NCBI GenBank assembly: GCA_020635355.1 | Contig: JACJZW010000012.1 | Span: 40,836-104,835 of the forward strand | Source: Flavobacteriales bacterium | Lineage (GTDB): Bacteria > Bacteroidota > Bacteroidia > NS11-12g > UBA9320 | Length of the DNA: 64,000 bases | Reading direction: 5' to 3' | In this document: positions 29,981 to 39,587 of the stretch, in pieces | Layout of the letters: the number at the start of each line of letters is the position of its first letter | Position numbering within the stretch: the first letter of the stretch is position 1 | Notes under the pieces: generated by a model | Seen by the model: only the letters and a program-made list of their open reading frames with translations | Told to the model about the DNA's origin: nothing | Databases searched by the model: none | Program-made: the position numbers and the translations under genes

Positions 29981-31441
29981 CTAGCGTTGATCAATAAACA
30001 ACTTGTCATACTCCTTCCCGGCAATCGTTTCAATGATGAGGGTGTACATACCGGTGGCAACCTGGGGGAGAAAAATTCGGTGAGAGGTGGTGGAGCAGTC
30101 GATTCGCTTTCCGGCAACATCAATCAGATATGCTTCCTTCATGGGTGTATGTGCACTCGGAAGGTGGATGACGTCATTGGCTGGATTGGGGTAGACTGAA
30201 TAGCGTTTAAACGTCGGATTAGGCACCGAAGTGAATCGCCAATCGCGTTCTCCTAGTTCACAGGCGCCGGGGATTTTTAGATAGGTGCAATAAATTTCAT
30301 CCTGTCTCACCGCACCAATTCCAACCAAATAATGGGCTTTGTAATAATCGAAAATCGGTGGAATCCCGATGGTAGGTAACGAGTAAATGGTGTCGTTACT
30401 TACTTCAAAGTATTCAGATCCGCCACCATAATCAACCGCATTAAACGTGTATCGGTCACAGGTGAAATATCCTCCCAAGGGGTTGAGGGATACGAGCCAT
30501 CCATTTTGATTGTCTGGGATAGTAATTCTACCTGGTTGCGGATTAATTATAGCTGAGGTGTCCTTCGTTTTAAAGGAAATCAGACCTTTGTCTTCGTGGT
30601 GAATTGGATCATGACCTGGTCCAACCGTAGTGGATCGATAGCTGGTAGAATATTTAATGGTATTTCCATTCGTCCCTAAAAAGGAATCACGTTGATTAAA
30701 CTGAATCCGATCCGGTTCATTCCGAAAACTACCCGTTGTCTCAAACACGGTGCCGGGGGTGCAAGTGAATACCTCAAACTCGGTCATTTCCCGATACGTT
30801 TGCCAATGAACTGATGCCAATGAATCAATCGGAATGTGGCGGTAGAGCAGGTCATAAAACACCGGTGAAGAGGTTAATCCAAAGGTTTTTTGAATCTTGA
30901 CGCTGAACGATTTGCTTGATCTGGTAGCAGTAGAAAATGCGGATAGCCCAATGGTCAGGATGGAATCACCATTGTGATTTTCAAGTGATTTAAATTTCCC
31001 TGTGAGGGTAATGGCGTCATTTTGAAAGATGGTCCATTCCATGGCAGGAAGGAATGTTTTTTGGAACAGGAGGGTATCGGCAGGTTGGTGTTTATGCTGA
31101 AAAATCAGTTCTACACGATCATCCGTTTCCATGATCTGATTTCCATAGTTGGAATTGCCCAGTAGGATATAAGCCACCCAGGCATCCGTTCGGGTTGGCG
31201 GATCATATATCGTATCCACCAATGAGAAATTAGCCAGGTTGATCAGGGCGGTATCACCGTGTTGTTCAAAATCTCGAAAATCGATGCCGGTATAGCGATA
31301 GCTGTGCTGAATGGGATTTTGATAGATCCGCAGACTATCCTTTGGGAACCAGGTCCAGTTTTGAGCACTTGATTCAAGCGCCCATCCACTCAGTAGAATG
31401 AGCGATGTTAGTCCAGTAACCAGGCGATACGATCTTGTCAT
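29981..31441 (-). CDS. hypothetical T9SS type A cargo, tandem paralogue A
   Basis: Signal peptide, then QNWTWFPKDSLRIYQNP. CELGERDWRFTSVP is followed by a YPNPANDVIHLP...MYTLIIETIAGKEYDKLFIDQ CTD. Confidence 0.6.
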   Translation of the reverse strand: MTRSYRLVTGLTSLILLSGWALESSAQNWTWFPKDSLRIYQNPIQHSYRYTGIDFRDFEQHGDTALINLANFSLVDTIYDPPTRTDAWVAYILLGNSNYGNQIMETDDRVELIFQHKHQPADTLLFQKTFLPAMEWTIFQNDAITLTGKFKSLENHNGDSILTIGLSAFSTATRSSKSFSVKIQKTFGLTSSPVFYDLLYRHIPIDSLASVHWQTYREMTEFEVFTCTPGTVFETTGSFRNEPDRIQFNQRDSFLGTNGNTIKYSTSYRSTTVGPGHDPIHHEDKGLISFKTKDTSAIINPQPGRITIPDNQNGWLVSLNPLGGYFTCDRYTFNAVDYGGGSEYFEVSNDTIYSLPTIGIPPIFDYYKAHYLVGIGAVRQDEIYCTYLKIPGACELGERDWRFTSVPNPTFKRYSVYPNPANDVIHLPSAHTPMKEAYLIDVAGKRIDCSTTSHRIFLPQVATGMYTLIIETIAGKEYDKLFIDQR

Positions 31442-31447
31442 GAGATG

Positions 31448-32875
31448 CTAGTGTTGGATCATTAGTTTGTTGATATATACTCCATCAGCCGCTTCCACCC
31501 AAAGGGTATAGATTCCGTTGGAAACAGATGGGAGTTCAATGCCGCTGGAGGAGTGATCACAAAACAGGATTTGTCCGGTAGGGAAAATTAATTTAATGGC
31601 GGTAATGGGAGGAAATTGATCCGGTAATTGAACGCTGGTGGAGGCTGGATTCGGATGAACCACTAACTTGTTGATGACAGGTTGAGGCACTGAAGTAAAT
31701 CGCCAATCGCGTTCTCCCAGTTCACATTCACCGGGAATTGAAAGAAAATGCCAGTTCAGAGTTGAATGATAACTATTGATGGTTTGACTGCTATTGATAA
31801 CACCCACTCCGTGCATATATTCAATATGCCAATCAACAATTTCACCTAGCGTTGGTTGTTTGAGAAGGGTATCACCTGTACGTGTAAAAAAGTATGACCC
31901 TCTCACATCATTTACAAGTACAAATCTCTCACACAAGTAGTAACCGCTGGAGGTTCGCAGACTACGATTCGGGTCATTTAACAGTTTACCAGGAATCGGG
32001 TTGTAAATTGTTGTGTCCGTAGTGTAGTTAAAACGGAAGATTGAATCATTGTGAAAAAAGGAATCCTGAACTGAGTGTGGATAGGGTGAATATTCCACAT
32101 GTTGCGTGATCGCTCTAATGTCTATATTGTGAATTTCATTTGATTGTTCAAAGTGCGAGAATGAATCTCGTTCATACCAAAACGCGTAGGTCGGGTATCC
32201 TGATATTAATAATGAGCGTGTAAATTCTACAATCCTTCCACTAATCGGTCGGGTAAAACTGGAAGTACTCATTTCTTTGTAGGTTCTGAGATTTGTGGTG
32301 CTGAGATTTTCAAAACCATCAGGATGGCGAATTAAATTATATAAAATGGGTATTTGAAATATGCCTTGCTTTTTAGAGATTTTAATGTCAAACATCTTGA
32401 ACGAGTTGGTTTTTTTGTTCTGACAGGTCATTTGATAAATACGAACGGAATCACCCTCTTGCTCAATGGAACCACTAAGGTGACAAGTTACCTTTAACCA
32501 ATCATTCTCCATGCACGGCAATTCTTCATTTATTGGTGCCAACTGGTGAAAATAAAAGGTGTCATGGTCAATGGATCCGCCACCAAAGCACACCAGTACG
32601 TGATTATCAACTACAATAATCTCAGACCCGAAATCAGAGTTTCTGTGTATGAAATATCTGTCTGGTGAAAGTGTATCTAATCGAGAATGATCACTCAGAT
32701 CAAATATGACGGTATCACCTGAATTTCGATGATTTCGGAGGTCGATTCCAGTATAAATTTGATCATCAAAAGGGTTGAGATAAACTCTCAAACTATCCTT
32801 CGGAAACCAATCCCAATTTTGTCCAAAGGATTGAAATCCAATGGAAACAAAAAGGGCTATGAGAATGGATCTCAT
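31448..32875 (-). CDS. hypothetical T9SS type A cargo, tandem paralogue B
   Basis: Signal peptide, then QNWDWFPKDSLRVYLNP. CELGERDWRFTSVP is followed by a HPNPASTSVQLP...IYTLWVEAADGVYINKLMIQH CTD. Confidence 0.6.
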   Translation of the reverse strand: MRSILIALFVSIGFQSFGQNWDWFPKDSLRVYLNPFDDQIYTGIDLRNHRNSGDTVIFDLSDHSRLDTLSPDRYFIHRNSDFGSEIIVVDNHVLVCFGGGSIDHDTFYFHQLAPINEELPCMENDWLKVTCHLSGSIEQEGDSVRIYQMTCQNKKTNSFKMFDIKISKKQGIFQIPILYNLIRHPDGFENLSTTNLRTYKEMSTSSFTRPISGRIVEFTRSLLISGYPTYAFWYERDSFSHFEQSNEIHNIDIRAITQHVEYSPYPHSVQDSFFHNDSIFRFNYTTDTTIYNPIPGKLLNDPNRSLRTSSGYYLCERFVLVNDVRGSYFFTRTGDTLLKQPTLGEIVDWHIEYMHGVGVINSSQTINSYHSTLNWHFLSIPGECELGERDWRFTSVPQPVINKLVVHPNPASTSVQLPDQFPPITAIKLIFPTGQILFCDHSSSGIELPSVSNGIYTLWVEAADGVYINKLMIQH

Positions 32876-32906
32876 AGCCCGAAGATAAATTTATTCAAAG
32901 GAAGAT

Positions 32907-33989
<1,083 letters not shown>

Positions 33990-34079
33990 TCAAAATTCCG
34001 AGATCGCGAAACGTTGTCTTGGAATGAGTAACACCGATAAGCGGAAGATGGTTTTCCATCAGAAGCTTCAGCGAAGGAT

Positions 34080-34171
34080 GGCCCCTTCCAACCTCACGGT
34101 TGACAGGGACGCTGGGTTTTTCACCCTGTCGGGTGACCAGCCGGGAGGCTGGCGGAAAGAGGGGTTCGATT
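34080..34171 (+). pseudogene. decayed tRNA-Glu-like remnant, truncated in the T-loop
   Basis: It shares the 27 nt GAAGCTTCAGCGAAGGATGGCCCCTTC (upstream flank plus acceptor 5' arm) and the 16 nt AAAGAGGGGTTCGATT with the intact tRNA-Glu 428 nt downstream. The D and anticodon region is expanded and diverged. The 3' T-stem and acceptor are missing. Confidence 0.5.
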
Positions 34172-34195
34172 GAGAATGACCAAACGAGACGTGAA

Positions 34196-34396
34196 ATGTA
34201 TTTTGTTTACGTTCTTAAAAGTTTGAAAGATGGGTCCACCTACATTGGTATGACAACGAATCTGGAAAGAAGAGTTGTTGAACATAATGAGGGAAGAACA
34301 AAGTCCATCAAGCATAAAGTTCCATATACGCTTCATTATTATGAAGCTTATTTGGATAAGACAACCGCAAGGAAGAGAGAGATTAAGTTGAAGTAG
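34196..34396 (+). CDS. GIY-YIG nuclease family protein, cut short by an in-frame TAG
   Basis: MYFVYVLKSLKDGSTYIGMTTNLERRVVEHNEG is the GIY...YIG...R...E...N signature. After the TAG at 34394-34396 the frame stays open for 24 codons (SGYEKEKLFERL...) to the TGA at 34469-34471. Confidence 0.7.
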   Translation: MYFVYVLKSLKDGSTYIGMTTNLERRVVEHNEGRTKSIKHKVPYTLHYYEAYLDKTTARKREIKLK

Positions 34397-34507
34397 AGCG
34401 GTTATGAAAAAGAAAAGTTGTTTGAACGCTTGTTTAGAGCGGAAAACACAGAAAATACTGCCGGTGAGTGACGGATGTTTGGAACATCTGAAGCTTCAGC
34501 GAAGGAT

Positions 34508-34579
34508 GGCCCCTTCGTCTATCGGTTAGGACGCCAGGTTTTCATCCTGGAAAGAGGGGTTCGATTCCCCTAGGGGCTA
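34508..34579 (+). tRNA. tRNA-Glu (anticodon UUC)
   Basis: A manual cloverleaf gives acceptor GGCCCCT/AGGGGCT (one G-U pair), D-arm GTCT/GGAC, anticodon arm CCAGG-TTTTCAT-CCTGG and T-arm AGGGG-TTCGATT-CCCCT. CCA is not encoded. Confidence 0.85.
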
Positions 34580-34589
34580 CTTAAGGAGA

Positions 34590-34618
34590 AGTGTCGTCAA
34601 CATTGGCGACACTTTTTT
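34590..34618 (+). terminator. rho-independent terminator after tRNA-Glu
   Basis: AGTGTCG-tcaacattgg-CGACACT stem followed by TTTTTT. Confidence 0.6.
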
Positions 34619-34680
34619 CGTTTAATGCCTTTTGGGTCTCAAATTAACAACGAGTTGTGAGAATCCTTTTAGCGACATAA

Positions 34681-35328
34681 ATGTTCGAAATTTGGGATAT
34701 TGGGGGTGGGCAAATTTTGGGGGTGATTTCCAACATTGCGTGTGGTATGGGAAAGAACACAATAGTTTTTTCAGAAACAGGAAAAAATTTTAACAGTATG
34801 CAGGATTACCCACTATTCATGCCATCGGAAGAATTGGCATTGAAAGGCGCAAAAAATTGGAATAAAGCAGATAAACAAGAATATTTTGATTGGTTTATTA
34901 AGATTAAATCCGAAAGAGTGAGTCACATGTTAAGGTATATTGACTTTTGTCCTTCAGGTGATCGTTATGTGGATTTAGGTCAGATAAATCTAAAAGTATA
35001 TGAACTTTTATGTGAAAGTGATTTTCACGATGTCAGAGAAGTCGATGGTGGTAAAAAACTAAACAACACAGGCTTTGCACTAGTTACTGATTTTGGAATT
35101 TATTTCTCGATGTTGCTCGAACAGAATAGTGATAAACTAAAATGGGTCATTGCAAAAGGATCTAAGAGCTACCATAGCTACAATCTTCCAGTACTAACAG
35201 GGTTTAGCAATGGCGAGTATGACTTTATTTTCTTAGCTATCAGTAAATTTGGATATGCCCTGAATCATTTAAAGGCGCCTTATGATTGGGTAGCCTTTTT
35301 GAAAGAGATGGAATCAAGATCGGAATAA
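34681..35328 (+). CDS. hypothetical protein (orphan, AT-rich)
   Basis: 215 aa ORF that is visibly AT-richer than its flanks. No signal peptide and no recognised family. The start may instead be the internal ATG (MQDYPLF). Confidence 0.4.
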   Translation: MFEIWDIGGGQILGVISNIACGMGKNTIVFSETGKNFNSMQDYPLFMPSEELALKGAKNWNKADKQEYFDWFIKIKSERVSHMLRYIDFCPSGDRYVDLGQINLKVYELLCESDFHDVREVDGGKKLNNTGFALVTDFGIYFSMLLEQNSDKLKWVIAKGSKSYHSYNLPVLTGFSNGEYDFIFLAISKFGYALNHLKAPYDWVAFLKEMESRSE

Positions 35329-35401
35329 GGAGGTCCAAACTTGGAAGAACATAGGAACCATCAAAACCATCTCAAACCAGTGAAAACGCAAAAACCGGTA
35401 A

Positions 35402-35551
35402 TCAAAGGTCTTTCAAATCCCTGCCTACCGGCAGGCAGGCTTTAACACTTGGAGCCCGGAAACAATATTGGATCTTAGCTCTTGTGGTACGGGTATGTAT
35501 CTGGTGAGGGTGGTGGGAAATGACTTCTCGTATTCCAAAGGATCATTCTGA
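35402..35551 (+). pseudogene. remnant of a T9SS type A C-terminal domain
   Basis: A 49-codon open frame with no start ends in ETILDLSSCGTGMYLVRVVGNDFSYSKGSF*. This matches the last strands of a T9SS CTD (compare GNYIVQVEG and GIYIIRFSS elsewhere in the window). Confidence 0.45.
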
Positions 35552-35700
35552 ACAAATAACATTTCTTTTCTAACTGTGGTCCGTCTTCTTTTTTGGTGGA
35601 GGCGGACCTTTTATCTTGGGGCATGTGAGACGTCAGCAAATCTTCGGTGTTCCTTTTTCTCTGATTTTGAAGTATTATTACCGTTCAGGAAATACCCTAG

Positions 35701-36915
35701 GTGCCCTATTCTGAACATACTATAACCCGTACCTGTAGTCTATTTTTTCGGATCAGGCTCTTGCTGATTCCACTATTCCTGTTTGCTCATGGTTGTTCCC
35801 TCCATGTGGAGGATAACGCTAAACCATCCGCCCTATTGACTTTCGGAAATACCGAACAACTGAGTAAACCCTGGATATCGGCTACCACAGACAATCACTT
35901 CATCGTGGGTATCCCTTCCTGGCATAACGGGAATATCCAGGCGAGAATCGTGTGCATTGATACACAGGGAACAGTTTTGTGGGATCGATTCCTTGGAACG
36001 GATCAGGACGACTTTTTTCAAAGACTGTTTATCGATCGAGACGGCAATATTTTGGTGGTGGGAACCACTTTGGGTGCAGATGATTCTGCCACGTACCAGA
36101 AAAACAGAGATGTATTCTACCTGCATTATCTCACACCTCAAGGACAGACCATCTGGGAAAAAATCATACCTGCGCGCTTCTGGAATAACTTCTATTCGGG
36201 CAACGATGTTGTAGGTGTTCAGCAGGACAAGAATGGTGACTTTCTGATTTCGGCGTTTTACAGCAATGAGTTTCTTGTGATGCAAAACTGGGAATTGGCT
36301 TTTTTCGGCACCCTAGCCGTAGTGAATTCAACCGGTGATCTGGTGGATTTGTATGTACACGGCAACAACCCATTCTACGCACCCTTTGGAACATCCAAAG
36401 GATATGGGGTGTTCTCCACCTCCGTCAACGGAGTTGGCATCATTGATTTTGACCGAAATGCCTCGTATCGGACACCGGAGGATACTGAATTTCCGAAAGT
36501 AGATGAAGTTGAATGGAATTGGGCTGATCCGGAACCCTTCGAACTTGACGTATGGTCTGTTCAAACAGCTCCGGATCAATGGCAATTTGTGGTAGTAAAA
36601 GAAGAAGGCCTTGTAAAATTTGATTATGATGCCGGTTCCGGAATCATTCAGCCGAGTGCGTTGGAAATCAATTCACAAATGGGTTCAGGATTCCCTATTG
36701 CGGCCACGTCAAACCACAACAAATTCTTCGTGGCATACTCCAACGGAACCATTTATCAGCTCGACAACTCGTGGGAAGTTGAGAAAAGTTTTCAAACCAA
36801 CTGGAAGATTCTTACTTTGAGCTCCTCGCCAAGCGGACATACTGCGGTGGCATTTCAAATGGATGAAATCATTCAAGTGATGATATACGATGCATATGGG
36901 AAAGCTATTCGGTAA
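35701..36915 (+). CDS. hypothetical lipoprotein, beta-propeller-like
   Basis: GTG start. Signal peptide with a weak lipobox (LFLFAHGCS). Recurring DGNILVVG and NGDFLISA type strands. Confidence 0.5.
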   Translation: MPYSEHTITRTCSLFFRIRLLLIPLFLFAHGCSLHVEDNAKPSALLTFGNTEQLSKPWISATTDNHFIVGIPSWHNGNIQARIVCIDTQGTVLWDRFLGTDQDDFFQRLFIDRDGNILVVGTTLGADDSATYQKNRDVFYLHYLTPQGQTIWEKIIPARFWNNFYSGNDVVGVQQDKNGDFLISAFYSNEFLVMQNWELAFFGTLAVVNSTGDLVDLYVHGNNPFYAPFGTSKGYGVFSTSVNGVGIIDFDRNASYRTPEDTEFPKVDEVEWNWADPEPFELDVWSVQTAPDQWQFVVVKEEGLVKFDYDAGSGIIQPSALEINSQMGSGFPIAATSNHNKFFVAYSNGTIYQLDNSWEVEKSFQTNWKILTLSSSPSGHTAVAFQMDEIIQVMIYDAYGKAIR

Positions 36916-38125
36916 ACACATGCATCTCCAGGGAATTGTATCCCTGATGCTGTTGCTATTCTTTGGTGCCTGCTCCTCCGATGAGGAGAACCTGTCTGCC
37001 ATTCGCTATCTTGAATCCAGCACGTACATTCAATATCTTGATGTTGGTGCCGATGATAACATTGTGTGCATTGGTGCGGCGCAAAAAGGTGCCTGGTTGG
37101 AACACACCGGATACCTGTTCGATCGTCAGCTCAATTTAAGGAAGCGTATTGTTATCACCGATTTGCCGGGTTATGATGGATCCTTACATTTCAAAAGTCT
37201 GGAAAATGATGGATGGATCGTATCCAGTATCGTCAATAAAGACAAGCATGGAAAGATAACTATTCACAGAACGGATCCGGATTTCAACATTCAGCAATCG
37301 GTACTTCTGGCCGAAAGATCTCTTGAACAGGAATCACAGGTGTTTGGAGCTGTCTATGACATACTCCAACTGAAAAATGGCGACATCGGCATTCTATGGA
37401 ATGAAAGTGTGGAGAACGCACCATATATCGAAGAGAGCCACATCCGCATGACCCGAATGTCTCCGGATCTGGAAGTACTGTGGACCTTTGAAGGCTCTGA
37501 CACCAACGTCACTTTGCCAGAACTCTCACCGTGGTCCCTGACAGCAATTGAGCTATCTAATGGCAATATTGCTTACAGTCATAACCTGTTTGGGCCGCCA
37601 CCCAGTGAAGCAAATCTTGTGTATGGGTGTCTCAATCCGAAGGGTGAATTAATCTACCAGAAATTCATCACAAACGAGCCTCTTGATTATGTTACCTCCA
37701 TCCACGCGGGAAAGAACGATGAGGTGTTCGTATCAACCACCTCTGGCTTTAATTTGCGTGGAACACCTGTTTTGCGACCATATTTTCTTGGGTTCGAAGG
37801 CCAATCCGGTAAATGGATCGGATCAAGAACGTTATCCAACGATATACTGACCATTGATCAAACAGGATCCACCCCATTCCGAGATCGATTTGGGATGTTC
37901 TTTTACGCGTTCGATCTGAACAAGGTGTTTTGGGGTGAATTGAATTCGGACATGGAATTCAGGAAAGTGTTCTACCCTACCTTACCGAACCTGGAATATG
38001 TGCGTATCAATCATTTACGAACCAAGGAAAATACCATCATACTGGCGCTCAACTATCGCCACAACGAAACGAACCGCATGGAATTGATGGAGTGCGACCT
38101 GGAAGGAAACCTGGTGACTAGATAG
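36890..38125 (+). CDS. hypothetical lipoprotein, beta-propeller-like
   Basis: ATG start and signal peptide with lipobox (LLLFFGACSS). Recurring NDGWIVSS and NGDIGILW type strands. It overlaps the preceding gene by 26 nt. Confidence 0.55.
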   Translation: MHMGKLFGKHMHLQGIVSLMLLLFFGACSSDEENLSAIRYLESSTYIQYLDVGADDNIVCIGAAQKGAWLEHTGYLFDRQLNLRKRIVITDLPGYDGSLHFKSLENDGWIVSSIVNKDKHGKITIHRTDPDFNIQQSVLLAERSLEQESQVFGAVYDILQLKNGDIGILWNESVENAPYIEESHIRMTRMSPDLEVLWTFEGSDTNVTLPELSPWSLTAIELSNGNIAYSHNLFGPPPSEANLVYGCLNPKGELIYQKFITNEPLDYVTSIHAGKNDEVFVSTTSGFNLRGTPVLRPYFLGFEGQSGKWIGSRTLSNDILTIDQTGSTPFRDRFGMFFYAFDLNKVFWGELNSDMEFRKVFYPTLPNLEYVRINHLRTKENTIILALNYRHNETNRMELMECDLEGNLVTR

Positions 38126-38157
38126 GTTACGGTGGTTGCCTCACATCAGCCCAGTGT

Positions 38158-38517
38158 ATGAAAAGCCAGCAAGAACAGAGTCCCGATGAGTGCAAAGAGT
38201 TTTTGGCAAATCATAGTGACTATCAAAACTTGCACACAAACAACTATATGAAAATAGGTCTGTCCCATACATTTAGCAACTTGGTACTATCCTTTTTGAT
38301 CGTATCTGCCATCGGCTGTAACCTATGCGGAGCGGATTCGGTTGAAAATTGATTTGTTGTCCAATTCCTGGTAGCCGGTGAGGAGTATGAAGAGTATTAC
38401 TGTGATCAGTCTAACCATTATTTTTTCGAAGGATGGATATGTTCCACCTATGATGTAGAGATATCTCTCAATGGTCAAGATGAATTCTATAAAAAGTTAA
38501 TGAAACTGCCTCGTTAA
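38158..38517 (+). pseudogene. possible decayed small gene, a 64-codon ORF continued in frame past a TGA
   Basis: After the TGA at 38350-38352 the same frame stays open for 54 more sense codons in an AT-rich stretch. No family recognised. Confidence 0.25.
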
Positions 38518-38709
38518 GAATAATATTATCTTGTCCATTCATTTCTCCAACAACGTCAACGGTATAACTAAATATCATGGCCTACCTTGTTGAAAGTGGT
38601 ATATAACCGCCTTTATTTATATGATTCAATAGAATCGTAATTCTGGCGCGTTTGAACGTTCAAAACCATTTGATTTCGGTCTATCATCGTTTTAAGTGCA
38701 ATGGGAAAT

Positions 38710-39468
38710 TTACTGAACCTCTAGTATAATTGGTGACAAGGATCTGATTCCATCCGGCCCTTTGGCACGAATCATATCAATGATGACACGATCACCAGAT
38801 TCACACTGTTGTACCATATCTTTTATTTGACGGTCTATCATATTACCATAAACCTTTTTACTAATAACAGAATCTTTCTGACGTAAATCCAAAACAAATT
38901 GGTATTCTGAAATTTGATAGGACACCCCTTCCAATACAAAACCACTCCCGAGGCTAGCAAAGACCTGCATTTGAGCTAAAAGTGCTGCTTTGGGAACCGG
39001 TATCCCATTGTTTTCAATGGCTCCCCAATGTACCTCAGGTTTCGGGATTGGCCGGACTCTAAAGCTTCTTGTACCAAGTATGATTCTGGAACTATCATTC
39101 AGTACCCGGTATATCCTGAATATGGCCGTACCTCTGTCCCAAACTTTAATCCGATACGAGATTCCCGTATCATGTTGAATGACACCTTTGACACCTTCGA
39201 GTTCTACAAAAAGTTCGGATGATGCTATTCCAGGGATAGCAATAGAAATGGGATTGAAAACTCCCATATACAGTACATCCATAGCATCTGCAGAGACCAC
39301 CACATTGCCGGAGTCAAGATTTTGGGAATTGTCATTAGCAGATGTATCAACGGTAATAGTATAACTAACCTGACCCTTTAAGGTCGGTGCTAAGATGATT
39401 AATAATGCCACCGTTAATGATGTCAGACCAATATGACGTGGGTGTAGTCCGAGGTGTTCAATTCCCAT
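38710..39468 (-). CDS. GldM C-terminal domain paralogue with an N-terminal membrane anchor
   Basis: It has VSADAMDVLYMGVFNPISIAIPG, FRVRPIPKP and a SGDRVIIDMIRAKGPDGIRSLSPIILEVQ ending. These parallel the GldM C-terminal pattern (SADKMNV.YRGV.NPIS, FR.K.IP.P, GD.V.I..I......G....L.......E.Q). One N-terminal TM (LTSLTVALLIILAPTL). The long N-terminal GldM region is absent. Confidence 0.65.
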   Translation of the reverse strand: MGIEHLGLHPRHIGLTSLTVALLIILAPTLKGQVSYTITVDTSANDNSQNLDSGNVVVSADAMDVLYMGVFNPISIAIPGIASSELFVELEGVKGVIQHDTGISYRIKVWDRGTAIFRIYRVLNDSSRIILGTRSFRVRPIPKPEVHWGAIENNGIPVPKAALLAQMQVFASLGSGFVLEGVSYQISEYQFVLDLRQKDSVISKKVYGNMIDRQIKDMVQQCESGDRVIIDMIRAKGPDGIRSLSPIILEVQ

Positions 39469-39587
39469 AGTTGATTGTTGTTTAAATAGGATTGGTCAAT
39501 TTAACAAATCATTTTCAAGAGGTTTAAGCGGTCTGAACTACCAACAGGTTTGTCAGAACGGATATGATCCGCACTTAATAATTCAAA

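Noticed and set aside
34080-34579. Group I intron with a homing endonuclease inside tRNA-Glu
   Set aside because: The downstream tRNA-Glu is complete and uninterrupted. The upstream copy already contains acceptor, anticodon-like and T-loop segments in order, so this is a partial duplication and not a 5' exon / intron / 3' exon layout. I recognised no group I core elements.
38350-38352. Selenocysteine or programmed recoding at the in-frame TGA (similarly for the TAG at 34394 and the TAA at 56743)
   Set aside because: I saw no SECIS-like hairpin directly downstream. All three stop codons terminate ordinary genes in this window. Simple nonsense mutation is the more economical explanation.
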